Made by a program: the position numbers and the translations under genes
Virus record (IMG/VR): IMGVR_UViG_3300017747_002967
Coordinates: 1 to 41,650 of that record
Origin: a virus
Lineage: Duplodnaviria; Caudoviricetes
Strand: one strand, 5' to 3'
Length of the DNA stretch: 41,650 nucleotides
The notes under the pieces: model-generated
Told to the model about the DNA's origin: nothing
What the model saw: only the letters and a program-made list of their open reading frames with translations
The model's database searches: none
Shown: positions 9,833 to 19,176 of the stretch, one piece after another
Layout of the letters: the number at the start of each line of letters is the position of its first letter
How positions within the stretch are numbered: position 1 is the stretch's first letter

Positions 9833-10719
9833 CGCTCGAACAACTCCCCAACGCACCCCGAATCCTTGTCGGCACGGCTGCCCCGTTGACGTCGTACAAG
9901 CGCGGCTCCGACGGCGAACCGGCGAACCCCGGCGCGACAACCGTGACGGTCACCCGTGCCGACGGCGAAGTGATCGCCACCGGTGCAGCGACCACCGAGA
10001 CCTCCACCACGAACGAACTGTCGTACACGTTGTCGGCGGCGAACAACACGCAACTCGACTGGTTGACCGCGGTGTGGACCGACGCTGACGCGACGACGTG
10101 GACGACGTACTACGAGGTCGTCGGCGGGTTCTACTTCTCACGGAACTACGCGATCGGCGAAGACCCCAAGTTCTCCGAGTACACGTCGGCGCAACTGTTG
10201 GCGAAACGCACCCAGGTCGAATGGGAACTCGAGTCGGAGCAGATGTGCAACCGGGCGTTCGTCCCCCGGTACCGCCGGGTCCGGGTCAAGTCGCACGGCC
10301 GTTGCCATCTGATCCTCCCGAACCCCGACATCCGCAGCATCCGATCCGTGACCGCGTACTACACGGCCACGTCGTCGGAGGCGTTCTCGGTGTCGGACCT
10401 CGCAGAGTTGCACTACTCCGAGTCGGGGGTCGTGACGCGCGTCGACGGTGTCGATTGGCCGTGCGCCGAACTGGTCGTCGAATACGAATACGGGTGGAAC
10501 CAACCCCCCCCGGATCTCATGCCGGCGATCCTGCGCCGCACACGCTGGCTGCTCGGCCGTGCCTCTACCGGCATCCCTGAGCGGGCGACGTCGTTCTCGA
10601 TCGACAACGGCGGCTCGTACTCGCTGGCGCAACCGGGCCGGAACGGCTGGTACACCGCAGACCCCGACGTCGACCTGCTCGTCCAGCGGTACCGGTTCGA
10701 ACGTGCCGGGATCGGCTAA
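9829..10719 (+). CDS. head-to-tail adaptor with N-terminal beta-rich extension
   Basis: C-terminal CNRAFVPR..VVEYEYGWNQPPPD..DVDLLVQRYR adaptor pattern; position after the head genes. Confidence 0.7.
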   Translation: MTLEQLPNAPRILVGTAAPLTSYKRGSDGEPANPGATTVTVTRADGEVIATGAATTETSTTNELSYTLSAANNTQLDWLTAVWTDADATTWTTYYEVVGGFYFSRNYAIGEDPKFSEYTSAQLLAKRTQVEWELESEQMCNRAFVPRYRRVRVKSHGRCHLILPNPDIRSIRSVTAYYTATSSEAFSVSDLAELHYSESGVVTRVDGVDWPCAELVVEYEYGWNQPPPDLMPAILRRTRWLLGRASTGIPERATSFSIDNGGSYSLAQPGRNGWYTADPDVDLLVQRYRFERAGIG

Positions 10720-11186
10720 TGGCAACCGACCCGGTAGCGACCCGCCTCGCGGTGAAGCGGGCGATCTGCGAACAAGCCGACCAGTACACCGACTCGAAAG
10801 TCACCGTCTCCCCGAACGACCCCGGCCGCGATTTGAAGGACCGGCACATCTTCGCCGGGGAACTCACCGGGACCGCCGAGTACACGACCATGGCGCGCGC
10901 CGAGATGCCACACGAGGACCGGTTCACGATCGAGTTCATGTGTTACGCACTCGAACCCGACCGGGCCGACCTCGCACACATCGAAGACGAAGTCGCAGCG
11001 ATGGGCGACGCACTCAACCGGGCCGTGTCCCTCAACGCAGCGCTCGACGTGCTGTCTGAAGAGTTCTACGTCTTCGACGTCCTTTTGGATTCGGTCGACG
11101 GCCCGTATGCGTGGTTCACGGACAACGGCGCCGAAGGGTATTGCACGGTCCGCATAGCGGCTCACACGAGAGTGGTGAACACATGA
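10719..11186 (+). CDS. putative tail terminator/neck protein
   Basis: Synteny and size (155 aa); coupled to the adaptor. Confidence 0.55.
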   Translation: MATDPVATRLAVKRAICEQADQYTDSKVTVSPNDPGRDLKDRHIFAGELTGTAEYTTMARAEMPHEDRFTIEFMCYALEPDRADLAHIEDEVAAMGDALNRAVSLNAALDVLSEEFYVFDVLLDSVDGPYAWFTDNGAEGYCTVRIAAHTRVVNT

Positions 11187-11362
11187 AGATCATGTACGTC
11201 GGTGACGAAGCCGCGGTCGTGGTCGGCGACGGGATCGTGTTCCCGAACGGCGAAGTGGTCGACGTGGACGGCGACCTCGCACGGTCACTGCTCGAACAGC
11301 CCACGTTCGCCCGCCCGCCCCGCCAGAAGCACGAAGACCCTGAACCTGAGGTCGAGGGTTAG
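11183..11362 (+). CDS. small virion-associated protein (59 aa)
   Basis: ATGA overlap; YVG..GEVVDV..ARSLLEQ pattern often seen before tail tube genes. Confidence 0.55.
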   Translation: MKIMYVGDEAAVVVGDGIVFPNGEVVDVDGDLARSLLEQPTFARPPRQKHEDPEPEVEG

Positions 11363-11568
11363 CTACACGCAAACCCGGGTTCCGGGGTGATCGTCGCAAT
11401 GTACGGGCGCACATCAGTGCATGGCCCGTAGATCGTCCCGTCCGATGTCCGCCACAACGTCGGATGCCCATCGATCTGCTCGGCGGTAGCAGGCGCCATC
11501 TGTGGCCGTGTCGGTTCCTTCTCGGAACACGCAGCCAACACAACCAGAAGCAACAGGGCTCGTCTCAT
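11359..11568 (-). CDS. small lipoprotein
   Basis: MRRALLLLVVLAAC signal II/lipobox; -10-like TACCGT (11581-11576) 7 nt upstream suggests a leaderless transcript. Confidence 0.65.
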   Translation of the reverse strand: MRRALLLLVVLAACSEKEPTRPQMAPATAEQIDGHPTLWRTSDGTIYGPCTDVRPYIATITPEPGFACS

Positions 11569-11593
11569 GGCCCTAACGGTATTCCCCCCAAAC

Positions 11594-11620
11594 AGCGACC
11601 GCCTCGAAAGGGCGGTCGTT
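11594..11620 (+). other. 11-bp hairpin upstream of the major tail gene
   Basis: AGCGACCGCCT-CGAAA-GGGCGGTCGTT; a similar hairpin lies before the capsid gene (~4085-4110). Confidence 0.5.
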
Positions 11621-11643
11621 TCGCGTTACCCCAAGGAGCCTCA

Positions 11644-12576
11644 ATGGCCGCACGTTCAGGAATCGCAGCCCAGTTCGGGTGCGCGGCCGAGACCACGGTC
11701 GGCACCGCCGTCACCGTGACGACGTTCCTGCCGCTCGTCTCGGAGTCGATCCAACGAACCGAGGCGTTCACCGAATCGGCGGGCATTCGCGCCGGCCGTC
11801 AGGTGATGGTGTCGGAGCAGCAGAACTCCGGCATGGTCACCGTCGAGGGCGACGTTCAACTCGAGCTCCCGACGCTCGGCCCACGGCCACTGTTCAAGGC
11901 AATGTGGGGCACCGAGACCGGTTCGGGTCCGTGGACGTACACGCCCGGAGACCTCGCAGGGAACAGCCTGACGGTGCAGATCGGCCGACCGGGCGTCGAT
12001 GGAACCGTCCGACCTTTCACCTATCCGGGGTGCAAGGTCGCTTCGTGGGAGATCGCGTGCGCTGCTGGGGAGATCGCGCAGCTCGGCATCACGTTCATGG
12101 GCTCCGTGGCCGACGAGACGACCGGCATCGCGTTGGCTTCGGCGTCGTACACGGCAGGGTTGAAGGCGTTCAAGTTCTCCGGCGCGACAGTCACCGTTGC
12201 AGGTACCGCGGTCTCGGCGAAGCAGTTGACCATCACCGGCGACAACGGGCTCGAGGAACGCCGGTTCCTGGGGTCGTTGTTCTCGAAGGAACAACTCCAG
12301 ACGTCGCTGATGTCGATCACTGGTTCGATCCAAGCCGAGTTCACCGACCTCACCCTGTACAACCTGTACAAGCTCCACACCGAGGCGGCGATCGTCGCTA
12401 CGTTCGTGTCCGGCACGCAGCAGTTGGTGATCACGATGAACGCCCGCATCGACGGTGAGACACCGAACGTCGGCGGCACCGGGGTCGTGGAGCAGGCGGT
12501 CCCGTTCACCGCTCTCGCGACTGCGGGTGGTGGCGCTGATTCGACGGCGTTCTCCGCGGTGTACACGGCCTCGTAG
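11644..12576 (+). CDS. major tail (tube) protein
   Basis: RBS AAGGAG; SLTVQIGRP, YPGCKVASWEI, ITGDNGL tail-tube pattern. Confidence 0.85.
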   Translation: MAARSGIAAQFGCAAETTVGTAVTVTTFLPLVSESIQRTEAFTESAGIRAGRQVMVSEQQNSGMVTVEGDVQLELPTLGPRPLFKAMWGTETGSGPWTYTPGDLAGNSLTVQIGRPGVDGTVRPFTYPGCKVASWEIACAAGEIAQLGITFMGSVADETTGIALASASYTAGLKAFKFSGATVTVAGTAVSAKQLTITGDNGLEERRFLGSLFSKEQLQTSLMSITGSIQAEFTDLTLYNLYKLHTEAAIVATFVSGTQQLVITMNARIDGETPNVGGTGVVEQAVPFTALATAGGGADSTAFSAVYTAS

Positions 12577-13049
12577 TGGCTCGGAGCCTGAAGTCCGGCG
12601 ATTCGATCCGGGTTGATGGACTCGACGGGTTCCGTAAGGAACTGCGGAAGCTCGACGACGCCGGGTTGATCGACGAGTTGAAGGAAGCGAACGCTGACGT
12701 CGCCGAACTCGTTGTCCGGGTCGCTCGAGCGCGTGCGTCGACTCGGATGGAGCAGCGGGCGGCTTCGACGTTGAAAGCCCGCCGGGCGCAGCGCGCGGCC
12801 GAGGTGAGTTTCGGTGGCGCGCAGGCGCCGTTCGCTGCGGGTGCAGAGTTCGGCGCCGGGCAGGACATCGTCCGCCGCTCCGTTGCCGGCCGCACCTTCC
12901 GTGGTTACAACCAGTTCAAAGCGTGGAGCGGCAACGACACCGGCGCCGGGTACTTCCTGTACCCGAGCATCCGTGCGGAGACCGAGAAGATCGTCGAGAT
13001 GTACGGCGACGCGATCGAGAAGATCACAAGCAAAGCATTCCCAGACTGA
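12576..13049 (+). CDS. HK97 gp10-like tail completion protein
   Basis: IRVDGLDGFRKELRK, PFAAGAEFG, YFLYPS. Confidence 0.7.
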   Translation: MARSLKSGDSIRVDGLDGFRKELRKLDDAGLIDELKEANADVAELVVRVARARASTRMEQRAASTLKARRAQRAAEVSFGGAQAPFAAGAEFGAGQDIVRRSVAGRTFRGYNQFKAWSGNDTGAGYFLYPSIRAETEKIVEMYGDAIEKITSKAFPD

Positions 13050-13061
13050 GGGGTCACAAGC

Positions 13062-13406
13062 ATGGCGAAGGCAGCAAGACCAGGCACGAAACCTGCGGGT
13101 GAAGGAGGGGCGAAGGAGATCGTCGTGGTCGTCGGCGGGGTGCGTTACCCGCTGGCGTTCGACGCGATCTCGGCTCGGCTCGCCGGCGAGTGCCGTCGGG
13201 CGTGTGGCATGTCGCCACGCGAGCTCGTCGACAACCTTCGCAAGTCGCCCGACATCGACCTCGTCGCCGCGTTGGTGTGGTTGTCGCGCAGGTTGAACGG
13301 CGACCCGAAAGTCTCGTACGACGAGATAGCCGACGAGATCGGCTACGACACCGAACTCGACTTCGTGGACCCAGACGGCAAAGAGGACGACTCCCCGGAA
13401 GCCTGA
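13062..13406 (+). CDS. tail assembly chaperone
   Basis: Position between tail tube and tape measure genes; followed by an ORF in the -1 frame. Confidence 0.75.
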   Translation: MAKAARPGTKPAGEGGAKEIVVVVGGVRYPLAFDAISARLAGECRRACGMSPRELVDNLRKSPDIDLVAALVWLSRRLNGDPKVSYDEIADEIGYDTELDFVDPDGKEDDSPEA

Positions 13407-13537
13407 TGCGCTGGCTCGCACCGTCGATGCCAGCGCTGTCCTTCCATTTCGGTATCCGGTGGGATGACCCGCCGAACATGCCCCCGTTCCTGCTCGACGA
13501 GTACCTCAACGCGCTCCATGAACTGAACCGGAAGTAG
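13394..13537 (+). CDS. tail assembly chaperone extension via probable -1 frameshift at CCCGGAA
   Basis: C CCG GAA at 13394-13400; -1 frame is open to 13537 (..LSFHFGIRWDD..). Confidence 0.6.
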   Translation, partial: PGSLMRWLAPSMPALSFHFGIRWDDPPNMPPFLLDEYLNALHELNRK

Positions 13538-13543
13538 GTGACG

Positions 13544-15061
13544 ATGGCAGGCACCCGGAAGCTTGTCGTCGAGATCCTCGGCGATTCGAAGGGTTTGTCG
13601 GGCGCGCTTGACGAGTCCAGTTCGAAGCTCGAAGGGTGGGGTTCGAAGATCGGCAAGACCGCAGCGATCGGCGCCGCTGCGCTCGGCGGTCTCGGACTCG
13701 TCGGCGGCAAGGCGCTGCTTGATCTCGCCAAAGGTGCAGCGGAGGACGAAGCCGCGTCTGCTTCGCTGGCAAAGACCCTCAAGAACGTCACGTTGGGCAC
13801 TGAGGACCAGATCGCAGCGGTCGAGGACTACATCTCGTCGATCACCAAGGCGACCGGCGTCATGGACGACGACCTCCGCCCGGCGTTCGATGTCCTCGCC
13901 CGTGGCACCGGGTCGATCGAGAAGTCACAAGAACTCATGGCGATCGCCATGGACGTTTCGGCGGGCACCGGTAAGGACCTGACGTCGGTCACCGAGGCGT
14001 TGTCGAAGGCGTACGCCGGGAACATGAAGGGCCTGCGGGCGCTCGACCCGCAGATGGCGAACCTCATCAAAGAGGGCGGCACAGCCGAGGAAGCGTTCGC
14101 TGCTTTGAACAAGACGTTCGGCGGACAGACAGCGCTGGCAGCGGAGACGACCGCCGGGAAGATGAAGATCGCTTCGGCCCAGTTCGCCGAGTTCAAAGAG
14201 TCGATCGGCGCGAAGGTTCTCCCGGTTCTCGCGCAGTTCGCCGAGTTCGTCACGGCCAACGTGCTACCGGCGCTCGAGCGGTTCTCGGCGTGGGCCGGTG
14301 AACACATCCCCCCGATCTTGCAGGCGATCGCAGGGTTCATCCGTGAGCAGGTCGTACCGGCGTTGAAGGACCTGGCGGGGTGGGTCGAAGAGAACCTGCT
14401 CCCGGCGATCATGAAGCTGTGGGCGTCGTTTGAGGAGAACATCCTTCCGACGTTGCGCGACAAGATATTGCCTGTTCTGGCGCAGGTCGGCGAGTGGATC
14501 TTGAAGTACGTCCTGCCGGCGGTCGGGAAGCTAGTCACGTTCATCCTTGGCGATCTGATCCCGGCGATCTTCAAGGTCATCGGCTGGTTTTCTGAACACC
14601 TCGGCCCGGCGCTCGAGAAGATCGGCGAGATCGTCATCGGAGTCAAAACGAAGTTCGAGGAGATCGTCGCGTTCATCCGTGGCATACCCGAGAACATCCG
14701 TGAGGCGGCGCGCGGGATGTGGGACGGGATCACCGACGCGTTCAAGGCGGCGATGAACACCATCATCCGCGGCTGGAACCGGATCGAGTTCAAGATCCCC
14801 GGGTTCTCTATCGGCCCGGTCGGCTACGACGGGTTCACGCTCGGCGTGCCGGACATCCCGACGTTGCATTCGGGTGGCACGTTCCGTTCCCCGAACGGTC
14901 CTGGCACGTCGGGCATGGCGTGGCTCCAAGACGGCGAGCGTGTGTCGCGCGGCGGCTCCGCTGGTGGGATCACGATCATTGTGCAGGGTTCGATGATCGG
15001 CACCGAACGCGAACTCGTGTCGATCCTCAAGCGCGCCAAGGCTGACGGGATCACCGTGTGA
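13544..15061 (+). CDS. tape measure protein (short, ~505 aa)
   Basis: LVVEILGDSKG N-terminus; Ala-rich helices; periodic W/F repeats (..VLPAL..). Confidence 0.9.
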   Translation: MAGTRKLVVEILGDSKGLSGALDESSSKLEGWGSKIGKTAAIGAAALGGLGLVGGKALLDLAKGAAEDEAASASLAKTLKNVTLGTEDQIAAVEDYISSITKATGVMDDDLRPAFDVLARGTGSIEKSQELMAIAMDVSAGTGKDLTSVTEALSKAYAGNMKGLRALDPQMANLIKEGGTAEEAFAALNKTFGGQTALAAETTAGKMKIASAQFAEFKESIGAKVLPVLAQFAEFVTANVLPALERFSAWAGEHIPPILQAIAGFIREQVVPALKDLAGWVEENLLPAIMKLWASFEENILPTLRDKILPVLAQVGEWILKYVLPAVGKLVTFILGDLIPAIFKVIGWFSEHLGPALEKIGEIVIGVKTKFEEIVAFIRGIPENIREAARGMWDGITDAFKAAMNTIIRGWNRIEFKIPGFSIGPVGYDGFTLGVPDIPTLHSGGTFRSPNGPGTSGMAWLQDGERVSRGGSAGGITIIVQGSMIGTERELVSILKRAKADGITV

Positions 15062-16944
15062 GCGCGTACACGCCGACGGTTGTCGTCGAGTTCGCGTTCG
15101 GCTACGCGCCGTTCGCGACCCCTTCGTGGACCGCTGCTGATGATGACGGGTTGACGGTCGAGTCGATCGAGATCGAACGCGGCCGGAGCTCGGAGTTCGA
15201 CGATTTCCCTGCCGGGAAGTGTTCGGTGGTGTTCAAGGACTCGAACCGGATCTTGGACCCGTCGAACGCCGCAGGCCCGTACTACGGGGACTTGTTGCCT
15301 CGGGTGCCGATGCGGGTCGTCGCCACGGTCGGTGTCACGGACTATGTCCGGTTCTACGGGTTCGTTGACGGGTGGCCGTTGCAGAACGCCCGCGGGATGG
15401 CAACCGTCCGCATCACCGCCACCGACGCATCGAAGATCCTCACCGCCACCCCGATCCCTACCTCGGAGTATGCGACGTCGATCATCGCCGACGGCCCGGT
15501 CGGGTATTGGCGGCTCGGCGCGACCACCGGGAACGTGGCGGTGGACTCGTCAGGCAACGCGCTCGACGGCACGTATGCCGGTGTGCTCAAGCGTGGGTCC
15601 CCGTCGGTGTTGCCGTTCTCCGCTGACGGTTCGATGGGGTCCATTGCGAACGACCGGGGCGTGGTGGTCCTGCCGGTCACTGCCCGGGTTGACACGTTCC
15701 CGGTGTCGGTCGAGATGTGGCTGCAAACTGACACGAACAAGCCGCTCGAGCCGTTCGGCTCCCGCAAGTTCCTGTATGTGCAATATCAGAACGCCGGCGG
15801 CGAAGAGTTCTACCTGGCTCTTGGCGGTGACTCGGCTACCGACCAGTTCGTGATCCTCAACACCGTCGGAACCGGCAACACCTCGACGTCCTGGTCGGCG
15901 AACATCAACGATGGCGCTCCGCACCATGTGGTCCTGACGATCGACGCCGGGGTGAACCCAAGCCTGATTGTTGATGGCGCATACGCTCCGGTGCGCGCGA
16001 GAGCGTTCGGTGGCGTCGTGGCGCAGGACTTCCCGAACCCATACATCGGCGGCGGGTCAACCGACCCCGAATGGGTCGGCCGCCAGGACGAGGTTTCACT
16101 GTGGGACGTCGTCCTGACCGATGCCCAAATCTCTGAGCACTACATCGCAGGGACGGCACCTTGGGATGGGGACTCGACCGGTGACCGGATCACCCGTGTG
16201 TTGGATCTGGTCGGGTGGCCTGCCGGGTTGCGGTCGATCGACAACGGCGAGTTCAGTGTCGGCCCGGCGCAGATCGAAGGCCGCAACGCATGGGACTACA
16301 TGCGCTCGGTCGCAGAGTCCGAGCAGGGGCGGTTGTTCATCGCCGCTGACGGGACGTTGACGTTCCACGAACGCGGCCGGTACTTCACCGAAGCAACGGA
16401 GACGACCAGCCAGTTCACGTTCTCCGATGACGGCGCAGGCGACGGCCTGCACGCCGGGCTGAACTTCGTCCTCGACGACCGCTGGATCATCAACACCGCC
16501 ACCGCGACGCGCGACGGCGGCGAACCACAGACAGCGGTAGCGACCGCGTCGAGGACGACGTACGGCCCGTCCGAGAAATCGCTTTCGGGGTTGGTGTTGC
16601 AGCACGACCGCAACGCCCGCCAGCTCGCCGAGTACCTCGTGTTCCGCTACAAGGACCCGCTCGTCCGTGCTGAGGGTTGGTCGCTGCAACCGGAACTCGA
16701 CGGCGCTGATTGGGCGGACATCTTCGGGCTCGAGATCGGGCACCGTGTGACGCTCGAATGCACACCGATCAACGTCGGGTCGCAGATCGTCATGGACCAG
16801 CACCTCGAACGCATCCACGACACGATCACGCCCTCGACGTGGACGGTCGAGTTCAACGGCTCACCCGTCGACCCGTACATCGACGACTACTTCACGTTCG
16901 GCGGAACCAGCGCGCAGTCCTTCGGGAACGGCTTCTGGCGATGA
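15058..16944 (+). CDS. minor tail/baseplate protein with inserted LamG/ConA-like domain
   Basis: IERGRSSE N-terminus; GPVGYWRLG..HHVVLT..GRQDEVSLW LamG insert; GRLFIAADG hub motif. Confidence 0.8.
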   Translation: MSAYTPTVVVEFAFGYAPFATPSWTAADDDGLTVESIEIERGRSSEFDDFPAGKCSVVFKDSNRILDPSNAAGPYYGDLLPRVPMRVVATVGVTDYVRFYGFVDGWPLQNARGMATVRITATDASKILTATPIPTSEYATSIIADGPVGYWRLGATTGNVAVDSSGNALDGTYAGVLKRGSPSVLPFSADGSMGSIANDRGVVVLPVTARVDTFPVSVEMWLQTDTNKPLEPFGSRKFLYVQYQNAGGEEFYLALGGDSATDQFVILNTVGTGNTSTSWSANINDGAPHHVVLTIDAGVNPSLIVDGAYAPVRARAFGGVVAQDFPNPYIGGGSTDPEWVGRQDEVSLWDVVLTDAQISEHYIAGTAPWDGDSTGDRITRVLDLVGWPAGLRSIDNGEFSVGPAQIEGRNAWDYMRSVAESEQGRLFIAADGTLTFHERGRYFTEATETTSQFTFSDDGAGDGLHAGLNFVLDDRWIINTATATRDGGEPQTAVATASRTTYGPSEKSLSGLVLQHDRNARQLAEYLVFRYKDPLVRAEGWSLQPELDGADWADIFGLEIGHRVTLECTPINVGSQIVMDQHLERIHDTITPSTWTVEFNGSPVDPYIDDYFTFGGTSAQSFGNGFWR

Positions 16945-16954
16945 GAGGGAACTA

Positions 16955-17599
16955 GTGGCCTACGTAACGCTCAGCACGCTTCACAATCCGACGACGGGCA
17001 CCGCTCCGCCGGCGACGTGGGGCGACCAGATCAACGACAACGACGAGTACCTTCACCTGCGCGGCCCGTACATCTGCACCGCAGCAACCCGGCCGGGTTC
17101 GCCGTTCCAAGGTCAGGTGATCTACGAAACCGACACCGGCTCCGAGCTCATGTACTACGGGGCGACGACGACGTGGAAACCACGGTGGAACCAGCCGTGG
17201 GGGTACATCGGCCGTAACGCTTCGTCTACGTCGCAGACCAGTATCTCGTCGGAGACGGATCTGACCGGCCTATCGGTGACGTGGACGGCGGTGACGGGCC
17301 GGATCTACCGGATCACGTTGCAGGTCCGGGTGTTGCAGAACACGTCGACCGGCGCGAACGAAGCGAAGATCACGAACTCGGCGAACACGTTGCAGAATAA
17401 GAGCACGGTGTCGCTGACGGCGGCGTCGGCGTTCACACACAACATCTTCGCGTTCGTCACCCCGTCGTCGGGTTCGGTCACCTACAAGGGCCGACTCTCC
17501 ACGACAGCGGGCACGACCGACACGGTGTTGTCTTCGACGCAGCAGGCCGAGTTCGTGGTCGAGGACATGGGTCCCTATGCGACGGTCCCCGGGTCATGA
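16955..17599 (+). CDS. minor tail protein
   Basis: RPGSPFQGQVIYETDT; Thr/Ser-rich beta domain ending VEDMG. Confidence 0.7.
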   Translation: MAYVTLSTLHNPTTGTAPPATWGDQINDNDEYLHLRGPYICTAATRPGSPFQGQVIYETDTGSELMYYGATTTWKPRWNQPWGYIGRNASSTSQTSISSETDLTGLSVTWTAVTGRIYRITLQVRVLQNTSTGANEAKITNSANTLQNKSTVSLTAASAFTHNIFAFVTPSSGSVTYKGRLSTTAGTTDTVLSSTQQAEFVVEDMGPYATVPGS

Positions 17600-18243
17600 C
17601 CCTCGCGGACTACTGCTTGCCTGGTGCGGACCCGGACCTTCAGGAACCGCTCGCCGGCCGGTTGCTGGGCTTGCTCGAGCATTTCGACGGACGCCTGATG
17701 ATCCTGTCGGGCAGGCGGTCGCGCGGCGAACAGCAACGCTTGTACGACGCGTGGGTCGCGGGCGAAGGGAACTACGCCGCAGTGCCCGGCACGTCGAAGC
17801 ACGAGAAAGGCCTAGCGGCTGACCTCAAGTTGTTCGACGGACTGGAGTGGCCCGAGGTCCACGAAGAGGCGGCGACGCGTGGGTTGCACTTCCCGGTCTA
17901 CGACAAGGACGGCAACCACGAGGATTGGCACGTCGAAGGCGATCCTGCGTGGGTCGAACCACCGCCTGAACCTGAGGAGCCCGACATGCAATGGCGAATC
18001 CTGACCCCTGCCGGTAGCGCAGCGAAGTTCATCGCACCGATGGCGCCGCTGCCCGACGGGACGCTCGCAGCGTTGTACGCGACGTGGCTCCCGACCGGGC
18101 ATCAAGTCGAAGCGTTCGCGTCTCGTGGCGTGACCGAGCTCGGGTTAGCGGTCGAGGATCTGCGGAACGTGACGCTGCTCGGCCCACTGCCCAGCGGTGA
18201 TGTGCGGCAGTGGACGGACGCCGACTTCCTCGCGGTGACCTGA
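17596..18243 (+). CDS. endolysin, M15 family Zn peptidase
   Basis: SGRRS..Q..LY, AVPGTSKHEKGLAAD (SxHxxxxAxD), EDWH; Pro-rich linker to a C-terminal domain. Confidence 0.85.
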   Translation: MTLADYCLPGADPDLQEPLAGRLLGLLEHFDGRLMILSGRRSRGEQQRLYDAWVAGEGNYAAVPGTSKHEKGLAADLKLFDGLEWPEVHEEAATRGLHFPVYDKDGNHEDWHVEGDPAWVEPPPEPEEPDMQWRILTPAGSAAKFIAPMAPLPDGTLAALYATWLPTGHQVEAFASRGVTELGLAVEDLRNVTLLGPLPSGDVRQWTDADFLAVT

Positions 18244-18256
18244 CCAGTTCTGGAGT

Positions 18257-18333
18257 GAGCGAGGCCCGCCTAGGAACAGGCCCCGCTCTGAGCCGTACAC
18301 CTCACAGGAGTGCACGACACATGCAGCAACGTA
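18257..18333 (-). ncRNA. putative cis-antisense two-hairpin RNA element (copy A)
   Basis: Same architecture as copies at 25299, 25922 and 35557; reverse -10 TACGTT at 18333-18328. Confidence 0.45.
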
Positions 18334-18362
18334 GACGCGTCACCCCAGGCCAGGCCAAATGA
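18321..18362 (+). CDS. 13-aa leader peptide MQQRRRVTPGQAK
   Basis: RBS AGGAG; stop overlaps ATG 18359/18362 of the next gene. Confidence 0.4.
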   Translation: MQQRRRVTPGQAK

Positions 18363-18808
18363 TGGGGCTCTCCGGGGCCGACATCGTCGTGGGCGCCACG
18401 GGCGTCTCTGCGGTGATCGCCGCCGGGTACCTGGTGCACAAAGCGATCAAGTCGATCCGGGCGTGGGGCGCGCAGACATGGGACCGGCTGGAACGCCTGT
18501 TCTCCCACGCGGTCGACAACTCAACCACCGGGCACCTCGTCAAGTACCACCTCGGCCCGAACGGGACGACCAGGCCGATGCATGAACGCGTCGGGTCGAT
18601 CGAGCAGGCGCAAGCGGACCACAACACGGTCGCCGCAGCGATCGGGGACAAGGTCGCCGAACACGACCGGCTCGGCACGACCCGCCACCAGGAGAACACC
18701 CGGAAGCTGATGGACATCTCCGCCCGGCTCGTCGCGGTCGAGCAAGCACAACGCATCGCGGCGACGGTCGCCGAAGACGCAGCACGACACCAAGGAGACA
18801 CACCATGA
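18359..18808 (+). CDS. membrane protein in lysis cassette
   Basis: N-terminal TM, LGPNG motif, coiled-coil tail. Confidence 0.65.
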   Translation: MMGLSGADIVVGATGVSAVIAAGYLVHKAIKSIRAWGAQTWDRLERLFSHAVDNSTTGHLVKYHLGPNGTTRPMHERVGSIEQAQADHNTVAAAIGDKVAEHDRLGTTRHQENTRKLMDISARLVAVEQAQRIAATVAEDAARHQGDTP

Positions 18809-18984
18809 AGATGCCATCGGAGCCGTTCCGGGCGTACCTGTACAACGTGGCGTTGGCGTTGCAGCCGATCGCTGTGATCTACGGGGCGACGTCGTCCGAC
18901 AAGGCGGCGTTGTGGATCGCTGCGCTGCCCGCTGTGCTCGGCCTCAGCCTCGCCCGGGCGAACACCACCACCAAGACCCAGTAG
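18805..18984 (+). CDS. holin (59 aa, absent from ORF track)
   Basis: RBS AAGGAG; MKMPSEPFRAYLYNVALALQPIAVIYG..ALWIAALPAVLGLSLARANT, two hydrophobic segments typical of actinophage holins. Confidence 0.7.
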   Translation: MKMPSEPFRAYLYNVALALQPIAVIYGATSSDKAALWIAALPAVLGLSLARANTTTKTQ

Positions 18985-19176
18985 ATGTCGCGCCGGAAAC
19001 GGTTAGCGGCGATCGAAGCGGAACAAGCGCGCGCCGCCGAAACAGCGCGCCTGTACGAACTGGTCGCCACGAAACGGCACACGGATCTGATGGCCGCAGT
19101 AGCGGCGGTGCACCGGGACGTGCGGTCGCTCCGCACGAAAGTCGACCGCGACTTCAAACCCACGAAGGGGACCTGA
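18985..19176 (+). CDS. hypothetical protein
   Basis: Fills the gap; TGATG coupling downstream. Confidence 0.5.
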   Translation: MSRRKRLAAIEAEQARAAETARLYELVATKRHTDLMAAVAAVHRDVRSLRTKVDRDFKPTKGT

